Source of the DNA: Candidatus Sulfotelmatobacter sp. | GTDB taxonomy: Bacteria; Acidobacteriota; Terriglobia; Terriglobales; Acidobacteriaceae | Length of the DNA stretch: 47,129 bases | Assembly: GCA_030040725.1 (NCBI GenBank) | Contig: JASHTD010000467.1 | Coordinates: forward strand, 1 to 47,129 | Direction of reading: 5' to 3' | Part shown: positions 1 through 9,091 of the stretch, one piece after another | How positions within the stretch are numbered: position 1 is the stretch's first letter | Layout: every line of letters begins with the position of its first letter | The notes under the pieces: model-generated | Told to the model about the DNA's origin: nothing | The model's input: only the letters and a program-made list of their open reading frames with translations | The model's database searches: none | Translations under genes and position numbers: made by a program

Positions 1-1413
1 AACAAGGATTGGATCTGTGATTCCGCTGTTGGGAAGTCGAACCGCAACGCTGGGAGGCACGAACCGATCCGCAGGGTCAGACCTTACCGCGAGCCAAAAC
101 GCATAGATGTGTTTGCCGGAATGACGGTCGCGAAAGGCATAGTTTCGCAACTGTCCATGCGTGTACGGTTCGGGGGGATCAAGTACAACATCGGCCAGTG
201 GATCAATTTCAGATTGTCCAAAAAGCGCAGAAGTCACTTCGAATGCACGGTAGGCTTCGCGCGGCTGGAAGGCATTCTTGCTGGAAGTTTCGCCGTGCAA
301 CAGTCCAAACCCATCGTCTTCGTTTCCGTCTGTGCCGGGAATGAATTCCCAGAAGAACGGTTTTACTTGTTTTGCCAGCGATTGCAAGAAGAAACGTGGA
401 AGATACTTTGCCTGCACTGCTTCGCTCGAGTTCTTCCATCCCGGAATTGTGTTCCACTCGTTTTCCCAGAACTCGATATCTTTGCGCACGCCGGGCATGC
501 GCAGCACGGCCTCGCGAAACACGTCCGCGTCTTCCAGCGCATCCTGTGCTTCGGGAGGCTCGTTGCGCCCGTATCCAGGGTAGGTGTGATAGGCCATTAC
601 GTCGATTTTCTCGGGACACTCAGAAAGCGCGCTCAACGCAAAAGCCGAATCAATCTCGCTGGTGCCGCCAAAGATCACTTTCGATTGCGGATCGGTTTCA
701 TGCACCACATCGGCAACCCGGCACAGCGCGCGCCCGTATTCGCGGCCTTTGGCTGCACGCGCCTCGTGCGATTCGACATTGGGTTGCCAGTAGCCGATAT
801 TCGGCTCATTCCAGAATTCCCAGTATTTGATCTTGTCTTTATAGCGATTCACCATGAAACGCGTGTAGTTCAGAAATCCCTGAATTTCGTCCTCGGTCTT
901 TAATCCTTGGAAAATTGTTGGTGGAGGATTGTCCTGATCGCCAATGCCGGGCGGCGCCGGCAAGATGCGATTCGGCCGGGTCATGGGATCGCCTTCGTAA
1001 AGTGCGTTGCCGTAGCACAGTTGCATCTCGATCGAAACTCCGTTGTCGACCAGCGACCGAATGGCTTCATCGACCTCAGGCCGCACCGCGTAAGCTCCGC
1101 GCGTTTGCTCGACCCAGTCCCAGCTGGTTTTTTCAGAACTGTTTTCGTATTGTCCGAGCCGTACCCATTTCACGCCAGAATCGAACACACGCGTCCACCA
1201 GTGTCTCGTCCAAGGCAGTCGTGGGTCTCGCGGCAAGGGAAGATTCATGCCGAATCCATCAGAAAGCTGGGTAGAGCGCCGGGGAGGAACTTGTTGTGGC
1301 ATGTTCTGCGGTTCCGCTGGAAACGTTTGGGGCACAGCGAAAAGCAATGCGCCGCAGGCCAGCGCTCCAAGACCAAACCGCATGAGTCGCCGAACCACGA
1401 CGTGCCCTTTCAT
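1..1413 (-). CDS. Secreted clan GH-A (TIM-barrel) glycoside hydrolase; the C-terminus runs off the window start
   Basis: Absent from the ORF track because no stop lies inside the window. I checked every plus-strand triplet 1..1413 in this frame and none is tta/cta/tca. Translation from ATG 1413 gives MKGHVVVRRLMRFGLGALACGALLFAVPQ (signal peptide), later KYWEFWNEPNIGYW (NEP acid/base motif of clan GH-A) and DIEFWENEWNT (candidate nucleophile). In-frame ATGs also lie at 1383 and 1446, so the start is uncertain. Confidence 0.7.
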   Translation of the reverse strand, partial: MKGHVVVRRLMRFGLGALACGALLFAVPQTFPAEPQNMPQQVPPRRSTQLSDGFGMNLPLPRDPRLPWTRHWWTRVFDSGVKWVRLGQYENSSEKTSWDWVEQTRGAYAVRPEVDEAIRSLVDNGVSIEMQLCYGNALYEGDPMTRPNRILPAPPGIGDQDNPPPTIFQGLKTEDEIQGFLNYTRFMVNRYKDKIKYWEFWNEPNIGYWQPNVESHEARAAKGREYGRALCRVADVVHETDPQSKVIFGGTSEIDSAFALSALSECPEKIDVMAYHTYPGYGRNEPPEAQDALEDADVFREAVLRMPGVRKDIEFWENEWNTIPGWKNSSEAVQAKYLPRFFLQSLAKQVKPFFWEFIPGTDGNEDDGFGLLHGETSSKNAFQPREAYRAFEVTSALFGQSEIDPLADVVLDPPEPYTHGQLRNYAFRDRHSGKHIYAFWLAVRSDPADRFVPPSVAVRLPNSGITDPILV

Positions 1414-1462
1414 GGGTGGCTGCTGCAACCTGTCATTCCCTTTCATCGGCGAGAAGCGCTCT

Positions 1463-2566
1463 CTAGGCGATTGACGTGACATTGGTCCATGACCGATCCT
1501 TGGCCGATGCGTCGACGGCATCCAGCAATTTCTGTACCTCCGCTGCATCGTCGAAGTTGGGATGGAACTTTTCATCCTTGGCTAGGCACGCGAGAAAATC
1601 AACCAGGGTCGTAATAAATGTGTGCTCGTAGCCAAGGGTGTGTCCCGGTGGCCAGAAATGCCTCGCATAGGGATGCTCCGCACCCGTGACGATGACATTG
1701 TGCGAGCCCTGGATTTCCGCGGCATCGCCGCAGTCGAACACTTCGAGCCGGTTCATGTCTTCCAGGTTGAAGCGAATCGCCCCCTTCGATCCATGAATTT
1801 CAAAACAGTTTCGATTCAGGCACCCCGTGGCGAAGCGCGTAGCTTCAAACGTGCCGATGCTGCCATTGGCAAATCGAGCCAGCAACAAAACAGCATCATC
1901 GACCTCCCGCCTCGGAATGAATGTTTTCAGCGTGCTGGCGAGTTCGGTGATCGGTCCGTTCAGTAGCAAAGCCAGATCGAGGGAGTGGGATAACAAATCG
2001 CCCATCGCCCCCGAACCGGCTTCGGATGGGCGAAATCTCCATGCGTCCGCGACCTTGGGGTCACCGCCCCAACTCTGAAGATAGGTCGCCCGGTAGTGAT
2101 AAGGTTGGCCCACTTTGCCCTGCTCCACCAGTTGTTTCGCCAGCGCAATTGCCGGCACGCAGCGGTAGTTAAACCAGACGAGAGTCCGCACATTGCGCGC
2201 CGCTTCCGCCATGCGTCGCGCCTCGGCATAATTCATTGCCAGCGGCTTTTCGCACAAGACCATCTTCCCGGCTTGTGCGGCGGCCATCGCGACGGCCGCA
2301 TGAGTGTGATTGGGGGTGCAGATGTCGACGAGATCAATGTCTTTTCGCGCCACTACCGATTGCCAGTCGGTCTGCGCTTCTTCCCATCCCCATTTGGCCG
2401 CAAAATGCTCCGTCGCTTCCCGGTTGCGGGCACAAACGACTTTGAGTTTGAGTTCGTAGGGAATGTCGAAAAAATGTCCCGCCTGGAGGAAAGCGTTTGA
2501 ATGAGCGCGGCCCATAAAACCGGCGCCGATCATGGCAACGTTCAATTTTTGGGATGGTTTCGCCAT
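1463..2566 (-). CDS. Gfo/Idh/MocA family NAD(P)-dependent sugar oxidoreductase
   Basis: 367-aa ORF with N-terminal Rossmann motif VAMIGAGFMGRAHSNAF and the family-typical LCEKPLA (EKP) motif. GGAG lies just upstream of ATG 2566. Confidence 0.9.
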   Translation of the reverse strand: MAKPSQKLNVAMIGAGFMGRAHSNAFLQAGHFFDIPYELKLKVVCARNREATEHFAAKWGWEEAQTDWQSVVARKDIDLVDICTPNHTHAAVAMAAAQAGKMVLCEKPLAMNYAEARRMAEAARNVRTLVWFNYRCVPAIALAKQLVEQGKVGQPYHYRATYLQSWGGDPKVADAWRFRPSEAGSGAMGDLLSHSLDLALLLNGPITELASTLKTFIPRREVDDAVLLLARFANGSIGTFEATRFATGCLNRNCFEIHGSKGAIRFNLEDMNRLEVFDCGDAAEIQGSHNVIVTGAEHPYARHFWPPGHTLGYEHTFITTLVDFLACLAKDEKFHPNFDDAAEVQKLLDAVDASAKDRSWTNVTSIA

Positions 2567-2609
2567 AGACTCCGTGCGTCGCCAAAGACTTGTTCTTTAT
2601 GGTTTCCGC

Positions 2610-3923
2610 TTATGTTGTTAGCACCTTCCGGAATGCATGGATGATATCGTCTTCATCCGCGCGCGTCAGGCATGAAGGTATAGCCAGCAGAATGCTACGC
2701 TCAAAAAGGTCATCTGCGACGGGACAGGTTCCTTTGGCGTATTGAGTTTTCGAGTCGCGATTTTCGGCCAGGCTCCAGGGAAATCCCCTGCCGTCGATAC
2801 TGGTTTTGTTGACTAGGCTCACGACGTTCGAGTAGATGTGCAGGCCCCAGTCGGTCATCACAACGTTGTTCACGCCTTGCGGAGAGGTGGCAATTCCTTC
2901 GGCCCGCAGCGATTGACTGATTCGCTTTGCTTCGACGGCGGATTTCAGCGTCACAATCAGGAACGGCCCAGTATCGCCACCCTGATCGATAATGCGTCGC
3001 AGCCGAATCTGCGGAAATGCCTCTAAAGCCCGCCGAATTCGGTATTTGCTCTCGCGCATGTGGGCGATGATCCTGGGCAGCTTCTTCAATTGCACTCGAA
3101 GGATCGCCCCGCGCATCTCGTCCAGCCGGCACCCGCGGCCCCACAAACACAGGTCCAGGTTGTCATAAATGGCGTGTCCGCTCTCGTCACGGGCGTAACC
3201 GTTATCGTGCGCCGCTACAGATCTCTGATACAGCCGGTCGTCATTGGTCACAACGCAGCCGCCTTCGCCGCTGCTCATGTTCTTGTTCATCTGGAAACTG
3301 AAGATTCCCATGTCGCCGAAGCTGCCGACTTTCCTGCCGCTGATGCTGCCTCCCGCGCACTGGGCACAATCCTCCAAAAGAAACAGGCGATGCTTGCGTG
3401 CAATTTGCAGCAGTGCGGGAGCATTTGCCGGCGCACCACTCATATGCACGGCAATAATTCCTGTTGTGCGAGGCGTGATGTGGCCCTCGACTTTGGCCGG
3501 ATCCATTGTGAAGGTGTCGTCGATGTCCGCGAGCACAGGAATCGCACCCAGGTTCACCACTGCTGCGATCACCGCAACCCACATATACGCAGGTACAATC
3601 ACTTCCTGGCCGGGTCCGACTCCCAGCGCGGAAAGCGCCGTATGAAGTGCACCGCTTCCGCTCGTTACAGCCAAGGCGTGTTTCACGCCAATAAACTGCG
3701 CGAATTCCTTTTCAAAGTTGTCAACCGCTCCCTGCGGATCGATGCCGTAGTAACGGAACAGGGACCGGCTCTTTAGAACTCGAACGGCCGCCCCGACCTC
3801 TTCATTATCCAAATGGTGCATTCCCGGAAACTCTAAAGGCAGTGGCTTTGTTCTAACGGGAGAGCCACCATCCGCGGCCAACTGCTCTACCTCGACGGTT
3901 CGATTTAAGTCATTTGACTGCAT
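2610..3923 (-). CDS. DegT/DnrJ/EryC1/StrS-family PLP-dependent sugar aminotransferase
   Basis: Fold-type I sugar aminotransferase motifs: GSGALHTALSALGVGPGQEVIVPAY and the PLP-lysine segment FSFQMNKNMSSGEGG. The ORF track starts at 3971, but ATG 3923 (MQSNDL...) is preceded by GGAG at 5-nt spacing, so I prefer 3923. Confidence 0.87.
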   Translation of the reverse strand: MQSNDLNRTVEVEQLAADGGSPVRTKPLPLEFPGMHHLDNEEVGAAVRVLKSRSLFRYYGIDPQGAVDNFEKEFAQFIGVKHALAVTSGSGALHTALSALGVGPGQEVIVPAYMWVAVIAAVVNLGAIPVLADIDDTFTMDPAKVEGHITPRTTGIIAVHMSGAPANAPALLQIARKHRLFLLEDCAQCAGGSISGRKVGSFGDMGIFSFQMNKNMSSGEGGCVVTNDDRLYQRSVAAHDNGYARDESGHAIYDNLDLCLWGRGCRLDEMRGAILRVQLKKLPRIIAHMRESKYRIRRALEAFPQIRLRRIIDQGGDTGPFLIVTLKSAVEAKRISQSLRAEGIATSPQGVNNVVMTDWGLHIYSNVVSLVNKTSIDGRGFPWSLAENRDSKTQYAKGTCPVADDLFERSILLAIPSCLTRADEDDIIHAFRKVLTT

Positions 3924-3995
3924 ATCATCTCCATATCGGGCTTGGCAGTTTGGCCAAGACAGGAAAAACATCTGAACTCAACGATTGCTCTCCGC

Positions 3996-4016
3996 GACAG
4001 CGAATTGAGCGCTGTC
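3996..4016 (-). other. Hairpin between the GH5 stop and the aminotransferase start
   Basis: GACAGCG-aattgag-CGCTGTC has a 7-bp stem and a 7-nt loop. No U-tract follows on the minus strand. Confidence 0.25.
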
Positions 4017-4054
4017 CACAGACAAGTAATTAAAACCTACAAGATCCGGCGACA

Positions 4055-5383
4055 TTACTGGATCGACGTCAACGCGCTCTGCGCTGCCGCACCATATCCT
4101 TTTGCCGCCTTAAAGGTTGAATTACTGCTAAGAATCCCAGGGCCGTTGGAGCAACTGAAGTCGTTAAATGCCCAGAACCAATAACCAACCTGAGGTTCCG
4201 ACGCACCTTGGCTATTGGTGGGGGCGTTAGCCCAATCTACCATCGTGGGCGTCGAAGCGCCGCTGCAGCCGTCTCCGCCATTCTTCTTCGTCAGTTCACC
4301 GGTTTCATCGATGACGACCGGATATCCGGCCGCTAAGATGCTCCCTTCTTGAGTGCTCCAGCACGAAGCGGTTTCGCAGTCCAGGTCGTAGTAGATATGA
4401 ACCCCAGCGGCAATATTCGTCATTGAAGATAGGTTTGGGGGTACGTAGGTTAGCCAGTCGTCGAGTTCGTTGGAATAGTCGAGCCCCGCAATGATGATCA
4501 CGTGGCTCGTCCCATTTGTCGAGTACATATTCTCCGTGTTGCGGATTGCCGTCACGACGCTCGCCACTCCCTGAACATTCCAGGTGTTGCTCGCTCCATT
4601 GGGTCCGTCGCACGTGCCAGGATTACCCGGATTCTGGGCATTGCACTCCGTCGCGATAAATGATGTGTTGCAGCCTCCATTGAGGTAGCACGTCCAATCG
4701 TCAGCCACATTGTCCCCGGTCCCTCCGTTGCCTGGAAATTCCGGTTCGTTCGTGAGATTGAAGAGGACCGCCGGGTTGTTCGCGAACGTCTGCGCTACAC
4801 TCTCCCAGAACTGGAGCGAGTAGTTCGTGTCCATGGCTGGAAAATTATCAATGATATTGCTGTTCTTTTTGACCAGCTCCGGACCACCGCCAACATGGAG
4901 ATCAACCTCGGCCACCAGGCCGGCCGCATTGGCAGCGGTGACGAAATTTTCGATCGCCGTTTGGTAGTTTGTACCACTGGTGGCTGCCGGCGGGGGAGTA
5001 CTCGACGGTACGTCCAGCCAGCAATCCTCATTGAGCGGGATTCGCACAACATTCGCATGCCAGGTATTAACCATGCCATTCACGACCGTCTGGTAGTCGC
5101 TATTGCCGTTCGGCAAGCTTGACGAGTCCCAAACCGAATCGCCCACCAGGCACTCGTACTCCGACCCAGTTTCGTTAACCCCGCGCAGGACAACGGTTTC
5201 ACCTTTGGTGACGGTCTGCGTATAGCCGAGGGTTCCCGCTGAGGTCGTTACAAAAACGTTGCTTGAGGTCGCGATGCCAGGAGCTTGCGCTGGTGCGCTT
5301 TCGGAAAACGCAGTGCAGAGAATTCCAATCAGCAGCGATGTCTGAACGAGGGTCCGAACTTCGTAGGACCTTCTGGTCGTCAT
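4055..5383 (-). CDS. Secreted glycoside hydrolase family 5 (cellulase-superfamily) enzyme
   Basis: 442 aa with signal peptide (TSLLIGILCTAFSESAPAQA). Carries ANVVRIPLNEDCW, the acid/base motif LFNLTNEPE and the nucleophile motif VVIDETGE. AAGGAG RBS lies upstream of ATG 5383. Confidence 0.85.
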   Translation of the reverse strand: MTTRRSYEVRTLVQTSLLIGILCTAFSESAPAQAPGIATSSNVFVTTSAGTLGYTQTVTKGETVVLRGVNETGSEYECLVGDSVWDSSSLPNGNSDYQTVVNGMVNTWHANVVRIPLNEDCWLDVPSSTPPPAATSGTNYQTAIENFVTAANAAGLVAEVDLHVGGGPELVKKNSNIIDNFPAMDTNYSLQFWESVAQTFANNPAVLFNLTNEPEFPGNGGTGDNVADDWTCYLNGGCNTSFIATECNAQNPGNPGTCDGPNGASNTWNVQGVASVVTAIRNTENMYSTNGTSHVIIIAGLDYSNELDDWLTYVPPNLSSMTNIAAGVHIYYDLDCETASCWSTQEGSILAAGYPVVIDETGELTKKNGGDGCSGASTPTMVDWANAPTNSQGASEPQVGYWFWAFNDFSCSNGPGILSSNSTFKAAKGYGAAAQSALTSIQ

Positions 5384-5397
5384 GGTTTTCTCCTTTG

Positions 5398-5413
5398 CAA
5401 AATCTAGATTTTG
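5398..5413. promoter_or_regulatory. Perfect 16-bp AT-rich palindrome in the receptor-GH5 intercistronic gap
   Basis: CAAAATCTAGATTTTG lies between the receptor stop (5423) and the GH5 start (5383), directly next to the GH5 RBS (AAGGAG). Confidence 0.4.
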
Positions 5414-5422
5414 TGGGGGAAG

Positions 5423-8400
5423 TTAAAACGCCAGTTTGAGCGCTATCTGCCCGATGCGCGGATCGCGGGCGACCGTGATAATTCCGAAGCTCGATCCCGG
5501 AACTCCGGCACAGCTTTCCCCCGGCCCGCTCGTCACACACGTCCCCGTTCCCGGATTGCCCACCCCGCTCGTGGCTACAAATTGCGTGTGATTCAGAACG
5601 TTGAAAAACTCTGCGCGAAATTCAATGTGTACTTGGTCCCGCACGGCGAAATCCTTCAGCAGCGCCATATCCCAGTTATTGATTCCCGGCCCGCGGAAGA
5701 ACCGCCGACGTGCATTGCCTAACTGGCCCAACTGCTCGGAACTGAAGAGCGATGTATTGAAATACGGCTGCCCGCTTCTGGGATTGGTAAAGTTCAGAGG
5801 GCCAGGAACGTAGTTGGGTACGTCAATGCCGTTATTGTTCGGCCCCGCTGATGTTGTGCCATAGAGCGAGTTATCGTCGAGTTCGAGCAGTGTCACCGGC
5901 AGTCCCGTGGAGAAACGGGTGATGCCGGAGAGCTTCCATCCGCGAGTCAGGTTTTCAGTGTGCTTGAATAAGTGATCGAACGGCAGTTCGTACGTATAGC
6001 TGACGACAAAATTATTTCTAAGATCAAAAGCGGCCAGCTCTCGCGTCTGGCTGTGATCGAATGGATTGATCTGATCTCCCAGCCCCGAAGCCTGATCAAG
6101 CGTCTTGCTGTACGTATAGCCAGCCAGCATTTCCAACCGGCCGCTGCGATGGCGAAACGTCGTCTCCATCGAGTTGTAGCTCGCGGTGCCAATGTTTTCA
6201 TAAAGGCCAGTGCTGCCGAAGTTCACTCCCAACGGCTCACGCGGAACCACGGTTTGCCCGGTCACAGTTGTAAAACTGCCGGTCTCGGCTTGCGGCCCGC
6301 ACGTGGCCGTTCCCGGCGCCACTTGACTCGGCTGACTTACCGAAAGGCACAGGGCCGGCACCGAAGGGTTGGCATTTACCAAAACCAGTTGCCGGTGGCT
6401 CTGGGTCCCGACGTAGCTGATGTTAAGCATCGAGTTACTTCCCAGCTGCCGTTCGAAAGAGAGTTCGTAGTGCTCCGCGTAAGGAAGATGATTCTTGTAC
6501 CAATAGCCAGGTGAACTTGAGATCGGTTCGAACTGCGCCCAGTTCACCTTGGAATCGGGATTCGTCGCCGATACATTCCGAGGAGGAAAGACGACCGGAT
6601 ATCGTTGGCCTTCACTGTTTCCTGTTGCCCGGTCGACAAACGGGGTTGCGAACAATGGCGGATTGGGGCTGGAATAGAAAAGTCCGTAGGGAGGATCGCC
6701 CACTTCCAGCGCGTCGGTGAGATCTTCAATGGCGGTATAGAAAAGGCCGTATCCGCCGCGAATACTGCTCTGCCCGCTGCCCCCGAGCAGCCAGTGTAGC
6801 GGGCCAGTGTCTTTAGATGGAGAATAGGCCAATCCAATTCGTGGAGCAAAATTGTTGTAGTAAGTGGGAGCCAGAGTGGAGGGCACGTGAGGATCGCCCG
6901 GAAATACCCACCCCGTCGGAGCCGTGGGAAAAACTCGCGATTGCTCTCCCGGGATGATCGTTTCCAGTTCATTGTTTTCTTCCCACCACGAAGTGCTTAC
7001 GTCCCAGCGCAGGCCATAATTCAGCGTGAGCGACGGCGTCGCGCGCCAGCTATCCTGCGCATAAAGCCCGAAATATCGGCTGCGGGAGTGCAGCGGCGCC
7101 TGCTGTCCTTGCTCATAGTAGACCGGTGCTCCGATCAGAAAATCGGCGAAGTCCAAACCGGTCTCCGAACCATCAAAGGCGTAGCTGCCGTTGTTCGCGC
7201 CGTAGGGTACCTGGGTGATCTGATCGTAATGAATGTTACCGCCCAACTTGATGGAATGAGTACCGAGAACCTTCGAATAGTTATCGAGCAGTTGATATGT
7301 ATTGTTGTATTGCGCGAGAGGATAGGCATTCACGCCAAAGCTGAAATTGTTCAGCGTAATATTCGGAACTCCTTCAAACTGCGGAGCGACCGGAACGATA
7401 CCGAGGGTGTTTGCACCCGTTACAAATCCCAAGGAAGAGAGTGACGGGCCAACCCCGCCAACCGGCTCTCCGGTGAACGTTGCAAAACGCATGTAATGGA
7501 GCCGCAACTCATTCACGGCGGTTGCGCTTTGAGTCTTGATATCGCTCAGATTAATCATTTGTGCTCGGCCGATGTTCAGGACGTCAAATCCCGGCAAGGA
7601 GACAAAGCAATATGGGCACTGCTGGCTGTAGTCATCGATGAAGTAATAAGCGGAAAGCATGCCGGCGCGGCTATTGCCGTCAACCCGAGCGCTGCCCTTA
7701 TCGTCGCGCAGCACATTGTTGTAAGCGCCAGTTTCAAAAAAGGGTTGCCCGTCTTCGCTCGTGTTCGGAGCCGGGATATATTTCAGAAGCGCTTTTGCAG
7801 GGGCGGAGATCGCCGCCGCGGGTATAACCGCATTGGGAAACACACAGGCGCTTGACGTCGTGCAACCCGAGGCGTAATAGCTCTCTCCGTTACTCACCGG
7901 ATAACCAAGTTTCGAAGATAAGATTCCTGCCCAGTACGATCCATTCACCGTTCCCGTCAGCGCGCTGGAAGCGTCCGCTAAATTTCCCGTCAAGTCAGTG
8001 GCGGAAGGCAATGGGACATTCGCCACTTGTCCTTGGATTTGCCGCGTGCCCTGATAATCAAGAAAGAAAAAAATCTTCTTGCGTACAACTGGCCCGCCGA
8101 ACGTCCCGCCAAACTGGTTCTGCTTGAATGATCCGCGAATCGTGCTGAAGTAATTGCGCGCATCGAGATCGTCGTTTCGCAGGAATTCAAAGAGTTCCCC
8201 GTGAAAGTCGTTTGTGCCCGACTTGGTGATGGCATTGACTTGTCCGCCGCTGTAATTCCCGTATTCGGCGTCAAAGTTGTTGGTAATGATTCGAAATTCT
8301 TCAATTGAATCGAGATTTGGAACAATTGCCGTGGTTTGGTTGACTCCTTCATTCACATTGCCGCCGTTCACCATGAAACCATTCGCGGTTTCGCGTTGAC

Positions 8401-8962
8401 CGCTCACCGACAGGCCGCCAGCATTTAACGAACCCGAGGGCGAGATAGGCTCGTACTCTCCTGAGGTTTCCGGCGCTACACCCGGTTGAAGCGCGAGCAA
8501 GTCGGTATAACTGCGGCCGTTAAGCGGCAACGACTCCATCTTCGTGCTGCCGATGACCTCGCCCATCTGTGTGTTTGTGGTCTCAACCTGCACGGCGCTG
8601 CTGGAGACAGTCATTTCTTCATGTATGGCGCCAACCTCCAGGCGCAGATCGATTCTGAGCGCGCTATTTGCATCGATAACGACTCCGGTCTGCCGGGCTT
8701 CCTTGAAGCCTGTTTTTTGTACGGTGATTGCATAGGTCCCGACAGGCAAGGCAAGAAGGGAATAGAAGCCCTTGTTATCCGTGATCACTTGCTGGCGCAC
8801 ACCGGTTTCGTTCTCGATGGCAGTCACCGATGCACCGGGGATGACGGCTCCTGCAGGATCGCTAATCGTTCCTGAGATCGATCCGGTCACGCTGGCAGAT
8901 GCGTGAATCACGACGAGGGAGAAGAGAAAGCAGGCGGCGAGGGCTTGAGTTCGAAAATTCAA
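5423..8962 (-). CDS. TonB-dependent outer-membrane receptor with N-terminal carboxypeptidase-regulatory-like domain
   Basis: 1179 aa with signal peptide and a CarboxypepD_reg-like segment (GTISDPAGAVIPGASVTAIENETGVRQQVITDNKGFYSLLALPVGTYAITVQKTGFKE). Plug-like LPLNGRSYTDLLALQPGV and a C-terminal aromatic residue (...IALKLAF). TTG start with AGGA about 9 nt upstream. Confidence 0.9.
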   Translation of the reverse strand: MNFRTQALAACFLFSLVVIHASASVTGSISGTISDPAGAVIPGASVTAIENETGVRQQVITDNKGFYSLLALPVGTYAITVQKTGFKEARQTGVVIDANSALRIDLRLEVGAIHEEMTVSSSAVQVETTNTQMGEVIGSTKMESLPLNGRSYTDLLALQPGVAPETSGEYEPISPSGSLNAGGLSVSGQRETANGFMVNGGNVNEGVNQTTAIVPNLDSIEEFRIITNNFDAEYGNYSGGQVNAITKSGTNDFHGELFEFLRNDDLDARNYFSTIRGSFKQNQFGGTFGGPVVRKKIFFFLDYQGTRQIQGQVANVPLPSATDLTGNLADASSALTGTVNGSYWAGILSSKLGYPVSNGESYYASGCTTSSACVFPNAVIPAAAISAPAKALLKYIPAPNTSEDGQPFFETGAYNNVLRDDKGSARVDGNSRAGMLSAYYFIDDYSQQCPYCFVSLPGFDVLNIGRAQMINLSDIKTQSATAVNELRLHYMRFATFTGEPVGGVGPSLSSLGFVTGANTLGIVPVAPQFEGVPNITLNNFSFGVNAYPLAQYNNTYQLLDNYSKVLGTHSIKLGGNIHYDQITQVPYGANNGSYAFDGSETGLDFADFLIGAPVYYEQGQQAPLHSRSRYFGLYAQDSWRATPSLTLNYGLRWDVSTSWWEENNELETIIPGEQSRVFPTAPTGWVFPGDPHVPSTLAPTYYNNFAPRIGLAYSPSKDTGPLHWLLGGSGQSSIRGGYGLFYTAIEDLTDALEVGDPPYGLFYSSPNPPLFATPFVDRATGNSEGQRYPVVFPPRNVSATNPDSKVNWAQFEPISSSPGYWYKNHLPYAEHYELSFERQLGSNSMLNISYVGTQSHRQLVLVNANPSVPALCLSVSQPSQVAPGTATCGPQAETGSFTTVTGQTVVPREPLGVNFGSTGLYENIGTASYNSMETTFRHRSGRLEMLAGYTYSKTLDQASGLGDQINPFDHSQTRELAAFDLRNNFVVSYTYELPFDHLFKHTENLTRGWKLSGITRFSTGLPVTLLELDDNSLYGTTSAGPNNNGIDVPNYVPGPLNFTNPRSGQPYFNTSLFSSEQLGQLGNARRRFFRGPGINNWDMALLKDFAVRDQVHIEFRAEFFNVLNHTQFVATSGVGNPGTGTCVTSGPGESCAGVPGSSFGIITVARDPRIGQIALKLAF

Positions 8963-8974
8963 GCAACAGTTCCT

Positions 8975-9003
8975 AGTAAACGCGTTTACTAAACCCGTTT
9001 ACA
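8975..9003. promoter_or_regulatory. Tandem LacI-type operators upstream of the TonB-receptor gene
   Basis: AGTAAACGCGTTTACT (8975..8990) is a perfect 16-bp palindrome with the central CG typical of LacI/GalR operators. It is followed by ACTAAACCCGTTTACA (8988..9003), which matches 13 of 16 positions. The pair lies 13-41 bp upstream of the receptor start at 8962. Confidence 0.6.
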
Positions 9004-9091
9004 TCATAATCTCGCACTTCTTGTCAAGCTTTTTCTGTGGAAATTTGAGGGGCTGGCTCGATTCCAGAAAAACAGATGACCGGTATCCGCC

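Noticed and set aside
109-903. 264-aa plus-strand ORF and several shorter overlapping ORFs at the left edge
   Set aside because: They are antisense to a much better supported minus-strand hydrolase frame: open for 1413 nt, with a signal peptide and an NEP motif. Their sequences are Arg/Ala/Pro-rich noise typical of GC-rich shadow frames.
3060-3776. 238-aa plus-strand ORF. The same reasoning covers 32451..33323, 33351..34046, 28492..29163, 25322..25951 and 31038..31616.
   Set aside because: All lie antisense to, or out of frame within, strongly supported genes and lack motifs and RBSs. They are shadow ORFs of a GC-rich genome.
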